Shown here in pieces: positions 1 to 9,588 of a DNA stretch of 64,000 bases; position 1 is the stretch's first letter, and each line of letters begins with the position of its first letter. A program made the translations under genes and the position numbers. The notes under the pieces are model-generated. The model saw only the letters and a list, made by a program, of their open reading frames with translations. It was not told the DNA's origin and searched no databases. The DNA is from Schaedlerella sp. (GTDB lineage Bacteria; Bacillota; Clostridia; Lachnospirales; Lachnospiraceae), in NCBI GenBank assembly GCA_052272205.1, contig DAVZKO010000001.1, forward strand, positions 33,262 to 97,261. Direction: 5' to 3'.

Positions 1-198
1 GATCCAAGAATTTCAAAGTTGCATTGTGCAATCATTCACGAGGGTGACAAATTATATCTGAAAGATATGGAATCACGCAACGGTACATATTTGAACGGAC
101 AGCTTTTGGAGGAGCCTGTTGCGATCCAGAAAGAGGATGTAATCGGTCTTGGACAGACAAAGATTGAAGTGAAGAAGATTTTGCGCGAGCGCGATTAA
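1..198 (+). CDS. FHA domain-containing protein, C-terminal fragment (5' end outside window)
   Basis: Frame 1 is open from the window edge to TAA at 196-198. The translation ...LYLKDMESRNGTYLNGQLL...IEVKKILRERD carries the S-x-NGT-x-LNG core typical of FHA domains. It is absent from the ORF track because no start lies in the window. Confidence 0.7.
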   Translation, partial: DPRISKLHCAIIHEGDKLYLKDMESRNGTYLNGQLLEEPVAIQKEDVIGLGQTKIEVKKILRERD

Positions 199-338
199 CA
201 GAATAAGGAAAACGAGAAAAGCGTTGTTGTAAGATAGGAGGTAAGTATATGAAGTTATTCCTTTACAACAACGCTTTAGCATGCTAAAATGTTACGCAAA
301 GCGATTAAGACAAAAATGATAAAATCAGGAGGTCGTAC

Positions 339-2606
339 ATGATTAAGTTATATGAAAATGGAGTCTATTTATTAAATGGTACTGAGATAGTAGAAGATAA
401 TGGCGGTGCGCAGGTTCCTCTGACAAAAGAAGAGGCTGCGAAGAACACCATGGCTTACGGCATTTTGAATGCTCATAATACATCCGGTAATATGGAGAAT
501 CTGCAGATTAAGTTTGATAAACTGACATCGCATGATATCACATTTGTAGGAATTATCCAGACTGCAAGAGCTTCAGGACTTGAGAAATTCCCGATTCCAT
601 ATGTTTTGACAAACTGTCACAATTCACTGTGTGCAGTTGGCGGTACAATCAACGAAGATGACCATATGTTTGGACTTACATGTGCGAAGAAATACGGTGG
701 AGTCTATGTTCCACCTCATCAGGCAGTAATCCATCAGTTTGCCCGCGAGATGCTCGCTGGCGGAGGCAAGATGATCCTTGGTTCTGACAGTCATACTCGT
801 TATGGTGCACTTGGAACAATGGCAATGGGCGAAGGCGGTCCGGAGCTTGTAAAACAGTTGCTGAACAAGACTTATGATATTAAGATGCCGGGCGTGATCG
901 GAATCTATCTGGACGGCGAGCCGATGAAAGGTGTCGGACCTCAGGATGTGGCACTTGCCATTATTGGAGCTACATTTAAGAATGGTTATGTGAACAATAA
1001 AGTAATGGAATTTGTCGGACCTGGTGTTGCGAACTTAAGTGCTGATTTCCGTATCGGTATTGATGTTATGACAACTGAGACGACTTGTCTGTCATCTATC
1101 TGGAGAACGGACGAGAAGATTAAAGAGTTCTATGAGATTCACGGAAGAGTCGGTGATTACAAAGAACTGAATCCGGGAGCATGTTCATACTATGATGGTA
1201 TGGTTTATGTAAATTTGAGCGAGATCAAACCAATGATCGCGATGCCGTTCCATCCAAGTAATGTATATACAATTGACGAGGTGAATGCAAACCTGAAAGA
1301 CATTCTTCATGATGTAGAGCAGAAAGCTCTCGTAAGTCTGGATGGTGCTGTTGAGTATTCACTGCAGGATAAGATTCGTGATGGCAAATTCTATGTAGAA
1401 CAGGGAATTATTGCCGGATGTGCAGGTGGTGGATTTGAAAATATCTGTGCTGCGGCAGACATCATTAAAGGTAAGAATATCGGAGCAGATGAATTTACAT
1501 TCAGCGTATATCCTGCAAGTACACCGATTTACATGGAACTTGTGAAAAATGGTGCGGTAGCTGACTTGTTAGAGGCAGGTACAATTGTAAAAACAGCATT
1601 TTGCGGACCATGTTTCGGTGCCGGAGATACACCTGCTAACAATGCATTCTCTATCCGTCATTCTACAAGAAACTTCCCGAACAGAGAAGGTTCTAAGCTG
1701 CAGAGCGGACAGATTTCTTCCGTTGCACTTATGGATGCACGTTCCATTGCGGCAACAGCAGCAAACAAGGGATTCTTAACACCTGCAACAGCAATGGATG
1801 TAGAATACAAAGGACAGAAATATCATTTCGATTCCAGCATTTATGCCAATCGAGTATTTGACAGCAAGGGCGTAGCTGACCCATCTGTTGAGATTAAATT
1901 TGGTCCGAATATCAAAGACTGGCCGGCAATGTCAGCATTACCTGAAAACCTGATCTTGAAAGTAGTATCTGAGATTCACGATCCGGTTACAACAACAGAT
2001 GAGTTGATTCCATCAGGAGAGACTTCATCTTATCGTTCTAACCCGCTTGGACTTGCAGAGTTTGCATTATCAAGAAAAGATCCTGCATATGTAGGTCGTG
2101 CAAAAGAAGTACAGGCTGCACAGAAAGCAATCGAAGCCGGTGAATGCCCAATTGAAGTTTTGGAAGAACTGGAACCTGTTATGGATACAATTCAGAAAGA
2201 ATATCCGGAAGTCGGCAAAGGAAACATTGGCGTAGGAAGTACAATCTTCGCTGTAAAACCGGGAGATGGTTCTGCCCGTGAGCAGGCGGCATCCTGCCAG
2301 AAAGTACTTGGAGGATGGGCAAACATTGCGAATGAATACGCAACAAAACGCTATCGTTCAAACCTGATCAACTGGGGTATGCTTCCATTCCTGACAGATG
2401 CAGACCACGAAGCACTTCCATTCAAAAACGGAGATTATATTTTCGTACCGGATGTGAGAAAAGTGGTAGAAGAGAAACAGGCTACAGTGAAAGCGTATGT
2501 AGTTGGAGATGAACTGAAAGAGATTGAACTGAAACTCGGCGAGATGACTGATGCAGAGCGTGAGATTATCTTGAAGGGATGTTTGATTAATTATTATAGA
2601 GGATAA
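339..2606 (+). CDS. aconitate hydratase (aconitase family, ~755-aa clostridial type)
   Basis: Fe-S ligand motifs ILGSDSHT and FCGPCFG are present, plus [18 protein letters not shown] lies 6 nt upstream of the ATG. Confidence 0.9.
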   Translation: MIKLYENGVYLLNGTEIVEDNGGAQVPLTKEEAAKNTMAYGILNAHNTSGNMENLQIKFDKLTSHDITFVGIIQTARASGLEKFPIPYVLTNCHNSLCAVGGTINEDDHMFGLTCAKKYGGVYVPPHQAVIHQFAREMLAGGGKMILGSDSHTRYGALGTMAMGEGGPELVKQLLNKTYDIKMPGVIGIYLDGEPMKGVGPQDVALAIIGATFKNGYVNNKVMEFVGPGVANLSADFRIGIDVMTTETTCLSSIWRTDEKIKEFYEIHGRVGDYKELNPGACSYYDGMVYVNLSEIKPMIAMPFHPSNVYTIDEVNANLKDILHDVEQKALVSLDGAVEYSLQDKIRDGKFYVEQGIIAGCAGGGFENICAAADIIKGKNIGADEFTFSVYPASTPIYMELVKNGAVADLLEAGTIVKTAFCGPCFGAGDTPANNAFSIRHSTRNFPNREGSKLQSGQISSVALMDARSIAATAANKGFLTPATAMDVEYKGQKYHFDSSIYANRVFDSKGVADPSVEIKFGPNIKDWPAMSALPENLILKVVSEIHDPVTTTDELIPSGETSSYRSNPLGLAEFALSRKDPAYVGRAKEVQAAQKAIEAGECPIEVLEELEPVMDTIQKEYPEVGKGNIGVGSTIFAVKPGDGSAREQAASCQKVLGGWANIANEYATKRYRSNLINWGMLPFLTDADHEALPFKNGDYIFVPDVRKVVEEKQATVKAYVVGDELKEIELKLGEMTDAEREIILKGCLINYYRG

Positions 2607-2610
2607 AAAT

Positions 2611-2645
2611 GAGAGCTGTCGTAATTGATGCGATGGCTCTTTTTG
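2611..2645 (+). terminator. weak intrinsic terminator after the aconitase gene
   Basis: Imperfect hairpin AGAGCTGTCG...CGATGGCTCT followed by TTTTGT. Confidence 0.4.
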
Positions 2646-2734
2646 TATGGTAAAATAAAATTAGAAACCATGCAACAAATCAATGATTTTTTAACTCTAA
2701 TAGATATAAAAGGAAACGGAAAGGGGGCAGGTGC

Positions 2735-3265
2735 ATGAGTCGTTATGAATCGAGTTCCGAATTACAATTAATTCGAAAGGCAAAGCGTGGGGATGTGAAA
2801 GCATTTTCTGAACTATACGCACGAATTTATCAGGAACTATATAAATTTGCATTATATACGATGAAGCATCGACAAGATGCGGAAGATGTCGTGAGTGAGA
2901 CTGTCATTATTGCATATGAGAATATAAAGAAGTTAAAGAAAGAAGAATCTTTTCGTAGTTGGATTTTTACAATTTTGATGAATCAATGCCGAAAGCATTT
3001 TAAACAGCAGGGGAAAACAGAAGAACTAAAAGAAGAGATGGAGGCAGAACGGGTAACGTCAGAGGACAATCAAGATCTTTATCAGGCGTTTCAAACGTTG
3101 GTGGATGAGGAGAGGATTATTTTGTCCTGTTCCATATTAGAAGGTTATTCCAGTGAAGAGATTGGAGATATGTTGGAGATGAATTCAGCGACAGTGCGTT
3201 CAAAGAAGTTGAGAGCGTTGGAAAAACTTCGAAAAATCCTGAAAAGAGAGGAGTCGAAATTATGA
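2735..3265 (+). CDS. ECF-type RNA polymerase sigma-70 family factor
   Basis: 176 aa. Region 2-like DAEDVVSETVIIAYENI...SFRSWIFTILMNQC and region 4 HTH SSEEIGDMLEMNSATVRSKKLRALEKLR. The stop overlaps the next gene's start (ATGA). Confidence 0.85.
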   Translation: MSRYESSSELQLIRKAKRGDVKAFSELYARIYQELYKFALYTMKHRQDAEDVVSETVIIAYENIKKLKKEESFRSWIFTILMNQCRKHFKQQGKTEELKEEMEAERVTSEDNQDLYQAFQTLVDEERIILSCSILEGYSSEEIGDMLEMNSATVRSKKLRALEKLRKILKREESKL

Positions 3266-5310
3266 ATGAAAAAGAGTTGAAGAATCATATCGCAGATGAA
3301 CATCAAGAAGATGAGAAGAATAGAGAGCTTGAAAAGGATATTCGTGAAGAGGCAGATAAGGTAGAAGTTCCGGAAGCGTTAAGACCGGAACAAATAGAAG
3401 TTATGCTGTTAGAGCGTACAGAAAAGAAGATAAAAAGATGGAAACCAATTTACACAGCAGTTGCAGCGGCGTGTTGTGTGCTCGTGGTTGGAGGAGCTGT
3501 GTTTGGAACACAGCAGAATAGAACGAAAGATTCTGATTTGGTTTATACGGCGTCTTCAAAAGAGGATGCTGCAACAGAGAAGCAGAATAAGGCAGCAGAA
3601 AGCAATTTGATAGCGACGGCTAAAGATTATGATGAGGTTTATGACTATGTCAAAGCACAGGAAGACAGTCAGTCAGTGCAGGCAAGAAGTGGTGTTGCAA
3701 CTTATGGTGCTGAAGGAGCATCCACAACCAGTTCATCGGAAAAAGCAGTGGCATCCTCAGATACAGCTTCTATGCAAGCAGCAGACAGCGGTACAGCTGT
3801 AAATAATTATTCCGATACGAATGTCAGAGAAGACGGCGTTGGTGAAGGAGATATTGTCAAGACAGACGGAAAGAATCTGTATACATTGAACAATCAGAAG
3901 ATACAGATCGTGAATATCGAGAGTGATACAATGGAACAAGTTGGTACAATCAAGTTAGATGAGAATAAAAATGTGTCTGAATTCTATGTTAAAGACAATC
4001 AGTTGATAGTCGTTTATACGGATACGGATTATGGTGATGAGTCTAACGGATATCGTTATCAGTCTACAACAACTGCAGAAGTATATGATGTCAGCAATCC
4101 GGAAAAGCCGACCTCAAAGGGGAAAGTATCGCAGAGTGGAAGTTTTCATACGATGCGGGTGAATGGCAATTATGTATATCTGCTGAGTGACTTTTACGCA
4201 TCTGCTTCAAATGGCAAAAGTGAAGTGGCAGATTATGTTCCAAGTGTGCAGGGCAAATTAATTGGAGAGAGCAGCATCTGTATGCCACAGTATACGAGAG
4301 GGAATTACTACACAGTTATAAGCGCATTTTCACTGAATAATCCGGAAGAAAAGGTAGACAGCAAAGCGATATTCGGTGGTTCCGGGCTCGTATATGTCAG
4401 TCAGAATAACATTTATGTATGCGAGGCATATTATAATTCAGAAGATTCGGATGTGACGCAGACATGTATTCGTAAGCTTTCTTATAAAGATGGTAAGTTG
4501 GAGGCAGTAGGTCAGACAAAAATTGACGGCACATTAAATGATTCCTTCAGTCTGGATGAATATGATGGCAATCTCCGATTGGTGACAACAGTAAGTGCCA
4601 GTGGGAATTCCGGTGTTATGCCGTTGATATTATTTGGTGATACTGCAGATACTGATTTGGAGCAACAAAAGGATACCAATTATCTGTACGTGCTGGATGA
4701 AAATTTAAAAGAGTTATCCAAAATTGAAGATATTGCACAGGATGAACAGGTTTACTCAGCGAGATTTATCGGTAAGATGGGGTATGTTGTAACATACAAG
4801 CAGACAGATCCATTATTCTCAATTGACTTATCGGATCCGAAGAATCCAAATGTAGTAGGAGAATTAAAACTTCCTGGATTTTCGGAATATCTACATCCAT
4901 ATGGAGATGGGTTACTGTTAGGAGTCGGAATGGATGTAGATGAGACAGGAACTACGACCAATGGAGTGAAGTTATCGATGTTTGATATTTCGAATCCGGA
5001 AGAAGTTGAAGAGGTTCAGAAATATGTGTTAGAAGATTGTTACTCTACGGATATTGCATATAACTATAAAGCAGCAATGATTGATGTCGACAAGAATTTG
5101 ATTGGTTTTACAGCTTATAGCGGTAATTCGAAATATTATATTTTTTCTTATGACAAATCAGCTTTCAAATGTGTGTTTGAAAGAGAATTGTCAGGATATG
5201 GTGATGTGCGAGGATTATATGCCGGAAAGTATTTCTACTTAGTATCCGGGAATACTGTTGAAAAATATGAGTTAGATGGATTTAAGAAAGTGGATGATAT
5301 TGTACTGTAA
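3262..5310 (+). CDS. single-pass membrane protein with a large extracytoplasmic beta-propeller domain (Beta_propel/PF09826-like); possible ECF partner
   Basis: ~60-aa charged N-terminus, one TM segment (IYTAVAAACCVLVVGGAVFG), then ~600 aa. The stretch YSARFIGKMGYVVTYKQTDPLFSIDLSDPKNP...LPGFSEYLHPYGDGLLLGVG recalls the secreted beta-propeller family. It is translationally coupled to the sigma gene. Confidence 0.6.
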   Translation: MNEKELKNHIADEHQEDEKNRELEKDIREEADKVEVPEALRPEQIEVMLLERTEKKIKRWKPIYTAVAAACCVLVVGGAVFGTQQNRTKDSDLVYTASSKEDAATEKQNKAAESNLIATAKDYDEVYDYVKAQEDSQSVQARSGVATYGAEGASTTSSSEKAVASSDTASMQAADSGTAVNNYSDTNVREDGVGEGDIVKTDGKNLYTLNNQKIQIVNIESDTMEQVGTIKLDENKNVSEFYVKDNQLIVVYTDTDYGDESNGYRYQSTTTAEVYDVSNPEKPTSKGKVSQSGSFHTMRVNGNYVYLLSDFYASASNGKSEVADYVPSVQGKLIGESSICMPQYTRGNYYTVISAFSLNNPEEKVDSKAIFGGSGLVYVSQNNIYVCEAYYNSEDSDVTQTCIRKLSYKDGKLEAVGQTKIDGTLNDSFSLDEYDGNLRLVTTVSASGNSGVMPLILFGDTADTDLEQQKDTNYLYVLDENLKELSKIEDIAQDEQVYSARFIGKMGYVVTYKQTDPLFSIDLSDPKNPNVVGELKLPGFSEYLHPYGDGLLLGVGMDVDETGTTTNGVKLSMFDISNPEEVEEVQKYVLEDCYSTDIAYNYKAAMIDVDKNLIGFTAYSGNSKYYIFSYDKSAFKCVFERELSGYGDVRGLYAGKYFYLVSGNTVEKYELDGFKKVDDIVL

Positions 5311-5354
5311 GAAGTATAGATGATGCAATGTTTTATAATGACCGTCACTGCTAC

Positions 5355-5393
5355 TCTCATTGCTGTTCACAGATACTGTGAACAGCAATGAGA
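5355..5393 (+). terminator. perfect 16-bp inverted repeat downstream of the beta-propeller gene (no U-tract)
   Basis: TCTCATTGCTGTTCAC (5355-5370), loop AGATACT, GTGAACAGCAATGAGA (5378-5393). It is followed by ATCAGCAGCGG, not a T-run. Confidence 0.35.
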
Positions 5394-5536
5394 ATCAGCA
5401 GCGGCGGTTAAAATTTCCGTAATTGTCAAATGTGAATCTATCCGATATAATAGATACATTATAGATAATTGTTTCGTTCGTATATACATGGGATTAAGTA
5501 TATCGTAGAAAATACAAAGATTATCGGGAGGAAAAT

Positions 5537-6304
5537 ATGATTGAACAATCACAGTTTCGTAAGAAGTTAGAACAACTGCTGGAACAGGCAGATGCACAGG
5601 ATAAACGTTTGACAAACGATCAGATTAAAGAATTTTTTGCAGAAGATGGACTGACAGAAGAACAGATGTTATTGGTCTATGATTTTCTGATGTCTCAGAA
5701 GATTGTTGTATCGGGATATTATAAACAAGAATCAGCAGAAGCAAAAGATACAGTGTTGGAAAATAACTTTACAGATGAAGAGAAGCAATATCTGGAAGAG
5801 TATACCGAAGATTTGAAGGCGATGAAACAGGAGCAGACAGGAGAGCGCGAAGAACTTTTGAAGAAAGCGGTGGCGCAGGATGCACTTGCAAAAAGTCGAT
5901 TGATTGAACTGTATCTTCCGGAAGTAGTGGAAATTGCAAAAGAACTGCATGAGGAAGGAATCTATCTCGGAGATTGTGTACAGGAAGGCAATGTCAGTTT
6001 GATTCTCGCGTTGGATATGCTTCCGGAAACGGATGCCGATACATTTATCAAACAGGAGATCCGACAGGGAATTCTGGCGATGATGGAAGAGCACAAAGAA
6101 TTAAAACGTCGTGATAAAAAACTGGAGAATCAGGTGAATAATCTGGATGAAACCTTGCATAAGATGGCAGATGAAAAAGGTCGCGGAATTACGATGAGTG
6201 AGCTTGCGGAACATATGAAGATATCGGAAGACGAGATTTTGGATATCATTAAACTGGCAGGCGAAGAGATGTACGATAAGTTTAAGAAATATAAGGACAA
6301 TTAA
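5537..6304 (+). CDS. sigma-70 (SigA)-like protein lacking region 4 and with degenerate region 2.3/2.4
   Basis: 255 aa with an N-terminal region 1.1-like segment. RLIELYLPEVVEIAKELHEEGIYLGDCVQEGNVSLILAL aligns by eye to SigA region 2.1-2.2 (LAEANLRLVVSIAKRY..G..FLDLIQEGNMGLMKAV). GITMSELAEHMKISEDEILDIIKLAGEE aligns to region 3.0/3.1. The ORF stops 2 nt before tatD. Confidence 0.6.
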   Translation: MIEQSQFRKKLEQLLEQADAQDKRLTNDQIKEFFAEDGLTEEQMLLVYDFLMSQKIVVSGYYKQESAEAKDTVLENNFTDEEKQYLEEYTEDLKAMKQEQTGEREELLKKAVAQDALAKSRLIELYLPEVVEIAKELHEEGIYLGDCVQEGNVSLILALDMLPETDADTFIKQEIRQGILAMMEEHKELKRRDKKLENQVNNLDETLHKMADEKGRGITMSELAEHMKISEDEILDIIKLAGEEMYDKFKKYKDN

Positions 6305-6305
6305 C

Positions 6306-7073
6306 ATGATATTTGATACACATGCACATTATGATGATAAACAGTTTGATGAAGATAGAGAACAGATATTGGAATCTATGCAGGAGCAAGGCGTAGGAAC
6401 AATTGTCGATGCCAGTGCGACGGTGGAATCATGGGATAGGGTTCTGGAATTGACGGGGCAGTATTCCTTTCTGTATGGTATGATTGGAGTCCATCCGGAT
6501 GAAGTGGGTGATTTGAATGAGGATAACTTTGTACGAATGGAACAACTGCTTCAAGAAGAGAAAATCGTAGCAGTCGGCGAGATTGGACTGGATTATTACT
6601 GGGATAAAGAAAGTCACGAGATTCAAAAAGAATGGTTTATTCGTCAGTTACAATTGGCGAGAAAATTAAATATGCCGGTGAATATTCACAGCAGAGAATC
6701 CGCAGCAGATACCATGCAGATCATGAAGGAATATGCATCTGATATGAAAGCGATTATTCATTGCTATTCTTATTCAAAGGAAATGGCAGAAGAATATGTT
6801 AAGATGGGATATCTGCTTGGAATCGGTGGGGTTGTTACCTTTAAGAATGCGAAGAAGTTAAAAGAAGTTGTAAAGGCAGTGCCATTATCAAATCTTGTTT
6901 TGGAGACAGATTGTCCTTATCTTGCACCGGAGCCGAATCGTGGGAAACGCAATTCTTCGGCAAATTTGATTTATGTTGCACAGACAATTGCCCAGTTGAA
7001 AGGAACTGCGACAGAAGAAGTGATACGTGTGACAGAAGAGAATGCAAGAGCATTTTATGGATTAGTAAAATAG
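6306..7073 (+). CDS. tatD: TatD family metal-dependent hydrolase/DNase
   Basis: N-terminal FDTHAHY and C-terminal LVLETDCPYLAP motifs; 255 aa. Confidence 0.9.
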   Translation: MIFDTHAHYDDKQFDEDREQILESMQEQGVGTIVDASATVESWDRVLELTGQYSFLYGMIGVHPDEVGDLNEDNFVRMEQLLQEEKIVAVGEIGLDYYWDKESHEIQKEWFIRQLQLARKLNMPVNIHSRESAADTMQIMKEYASDMKAIIHCYSYSKEMAEEYVKMGYLLGIGGVVTFKNAKKLKEVVKAVPLSNLVLETDCPYLAPEPNRGKRNSSANLIYVAQTIAQLKGTATEEVIRVTEENARAFYGLVK

Positions 7074-7132
7074 TAATGGAATCCCTGCAAAAGTGAACAA
7101 AAAAGCAGGACAGATATAAGAGGAGAAAATGA

Positions 7133-8014
7133 ATGAAAGAACCTACATTAGGGAATCCGCAGAATACGATAGCTGTATTACAGAAATATAATTTTTCATT
7201 TCAGAAGAAATTTGGACAGAATTTTTTGATCGATACACATGTGTTGGACAAAATTATTGCTTCTGCGGAGATTACAAAAGACGATATGGTGCTGGAAATC
7301 GGACCTGGAATTGGAACGATGACACAGTATCTGGCATGTGCAGCAGGTAAAGTAGTTGCGGTTGAGATTGATAAGACATTGATTCCGATATTGGAAGATA
7401 CATTATCAGAATATGACAATGTTCAGATTATTAATCAAGATGTATTGAAGGTTGACCTGGCGAAGTTGGCAGAGGAAGAGAATGGTGGACGTCCGATCAA
7501 AGTGGTTGCGAATTTGCCATATTATATTACAACACCGATTATTATGGGCTTGTTTGAGAACCATGTACCATTAAAGAGTATTACAGTTATGGTGCAGAAA
7601 GAGGTCGCAGACCGTATGCAGGTGGGACCGGGAACAAAGGATTACGGGGCACTGTCATTGGCAGTACAATATTATGCAAAGCCTTACATTGTGGCGAATG
7701 TACCACCGAACTGTTTTATGCCGCGTCCAAAAGTAGGTTCTGCTGTGATTCGGTTAGAGCGATATGAGGAACCGCCGGTACAGGTTACAGACGAAAAATT
7801 AATGTTTCGTATTATTCGTGCATCATTTAATCAGCGAAGGAAAACACTTGTTAATGGGTTGAAGAATTCATCGGAACTTCAATTTACAAAAGAAGAAATT
7901 GAAGCAGCAATTGAAAAGCTGGGGAAAGGTGCGAGTGTACGTGGCGAGGCACTGACATTGGAAGAATTTGCAAAATTGAGTAATAGCTTAGCAGAGGGAG
8001 TTCGCGAAGCATAA
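7133..8014 (+). CDS. rsmA: 16S rRNA (adenine1518/1519-N6)-dimethyltransferase
   Basis: SAM motif VLEIGPGIGTMT, the KsgA signature VANLPYYITTPI and FGQNFL near the N-terminus. Confidence 0.95.
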   Translation: MKEPTLGNPQNTIAVLQKYNFSFQKKFGQNFLIDTHVLDKIIASAEITKDDMVLEIGPGIGTMTQYLACAAGKVVAVEIDKTLIPILEDTLSEYDNVQIINQDVLKVDLAKLAEEENGGRPIKVVANLPYYITTPIIMGLFENHVPLKSITVMVQKEVADRMQVGPGTKDYGALSLAVQYYAKPYIVANVPPNCFMPRPKVGSAVIRLERYEEPPVQVTDEKLMFRIIRASFNQRRKTLVNGLKNSSELQFTKEEIEAAIEKLGKGASVRGEALTLEEFAKLSNSLAEGVREA

Positions 8015-8120
8015 GATATTCGAATAAAATTAAGGGGGTTAAGCGCTGTAAAAGTGTGAGACAGATAGGAAAATATAAAAACTTTATAATCTAAAGAGAT
8101 AAAATTTAATATACAATTCA

Positions 8121-8149
8121 TTGTATAACAGGTGAAATTTTAGTATAAT
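8121..8149 (+). promoter_or_regulatory. sigma-A type promoter upstream of citrate synthase
   Basis: TTGTAT (8121-8126), 17-nt spacer, TATAAT (8144-8149). Confidence 0.55.
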
Positions 8150-8212
8150 GAAGTGAATACGATGTAACTGTTCAATACAGATACGATACGACATGAAGGA
8201 GGAGCAGCAACA

Positions 8213-9580
8213 ATGAGAGATGTAGACGACATTTTATTTAACAATACTCCTGCGATTCAGCAATTGGCATGTAAGTGTGAGGAGAATAACGCAATCGATA
8301 GAGACTTATATGAGAAGTATGAAGTCAAACGTGGATTACGTGATTTGAATGGTAAGGGTGTCTTAGCGGGATTGACAAACATATCCGATGTTTGTGCAAA
8401 GAAAATCGTGGATGGAGAAGAAGTGCCGTGTGCAGGTAATCTCTACTATCGAGGATACAATATCAAAGATCTGGTAAAAGGATTTTTGGATGCAAAGCAT
8501 CCTGGATTTGAGGAAACAGCTTACTTACTCCTCTTTGGAGAGCTGCCGAACAAGCAGGAACTGAAAGATTTTCAGCAGATGTTGGCACAGAGAAGAATGT
8601 TGCCTCCAAACTTTGTACGTGATGTTATCATGAAGGCTCCAAGCCGGGATATGATGAATAATATTTCACGTTGTATTTTACAGTTATATTCCTATGATGC
8701 AAAAGCGGATGATACAGATATTCCGAATGTTCTGCGTCAGTGTTTGAACTTAATTGCACAATTTCCAATGTTGATGGTATATGGTTATCATGCATATAAC
8801 TATCGCAGAGGGCAGGATTTATATATTTATGCACCGGATCCATCTTTGTCTACAGCAGAGAATATTCTGATGATGCTTCGAGAAGACCGCAAGTATACAG
8901 AGTTGGAGGCTGAGATTCTGGATATGGCACTGGTTCTGCACATGGATCATGGCGGTGGTAACAACTCTACATTTACAACTCATGTAGTTACTTCTTCAGG
9001 AACAGATACATATTCCACAATCTCCGCTGCGATGGCTTCCTTAAAAGGACCGAAGCATGGTGGTGCGAATATTAAAGTAACTCAGATGTTTGAAGATATG
9101 AAGTACAATGTAAAAGACTGGACGGATGATGATCAGGTTAGAGTTTATCTGGAAGCATTATTGAATAAAGAAGCGTTTGACCGCAAAGGTTTGATCTATG
9201 GAATGGGACATGCTATTTATTCTGTATCAGACCCGCGTGCGGAGATATTCAAAAAGTTCGTAAAGCGTCTTGCAATTGAGAAAGGCTGCGAGAAAGAATA
9301 TGCGTTGTATGAAAAGGTAGAGCATATGGCACCGGAAGTAATTGCGGGAAAACGCAAGATGTACAAGGGTGTTAATGCCAATGTCGATTTTTATAGTGGA
9401 TTGGTATATAGTATGTTGGACCTTCCACCGGCATTGTACACACCGATTTTTGCGGCAGCACGTATTGTTGGATGGAGTGCACATCGTCTTGAAGAGCTGA
9501 AGAATGTAGATAAGATTATTCGACCGGCATACAGACCGCTTGCACCGTATCGAGATTATATTAAATTAGATGACAGGTAG
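8213..9580 (+). CDS. citrate synthase (citrate/2-methylcitrate synthase family)
   Basis: 455 aa. GMGHAIYSVSDPRA matches the citrate synthase G-x-GH-x-x-Y-x-x-x-DPR signature. LHMDHGGGNNSTF is also present. RBS is GGAGG. Confidence 0.9.
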   Translation: MRDVDDILFNNTPAIQQLACKCEENNAIDRDLYEKYEVKRGLRDLNGKGVLAGLTNISDVCAKKIVDGEEVPCAGNLYYRGYNIKDLVKGFLDAKHPGFEETAYLLLFGELPNKQELKDFQQMLAQRRMLPPNFVRDVIMKAPSRDMMNNISRCILQLYSYDAKADDTDIPNVLRQCLNLIAQFPMLMVYGYHAYNYRRGQDLYIYAPDPSLSTAENILMMLREDRKYTELEAEILDMALVLHMDHGGGNNSTFTTHVVTSSGTDTYSTISAAMASLKGPKHGGANIKVTQMFEDMKYNVKDWTDDDQVRVYLEALLNKEAFDRKGLIYGMGHAIYSVSDPRAEIFKKFVKRLAIEKGCEKEYALYEKVEHMAPEVIAGKRKMYKGVNANVDFYSGLVYSMLDLPPALYTPIFAAARIVGWSAHRLEELKNVDKIIRPAYRPLAPYRDYIKLDDR

Positions 9581-9588
9581 AGATTAAC

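Noticed and set aside
73-282. 69-aa minus-strand ORF at the left edge.
   Set aside because: It overlaps the in-frame FHA-domain C-terminus on the plus strand and the hairpin region. The translation is not protein-like.
5355-5393. The perfect 16-bp inverted repeat as a mobile-element end or recombination site.
   Set aside because: It is a single copy with no partner repeat in the window, and it sits where a transcript-end hairpin is expected. I kept it only as a low-confidence terminator or stabiliser because it lacks a U-tract.
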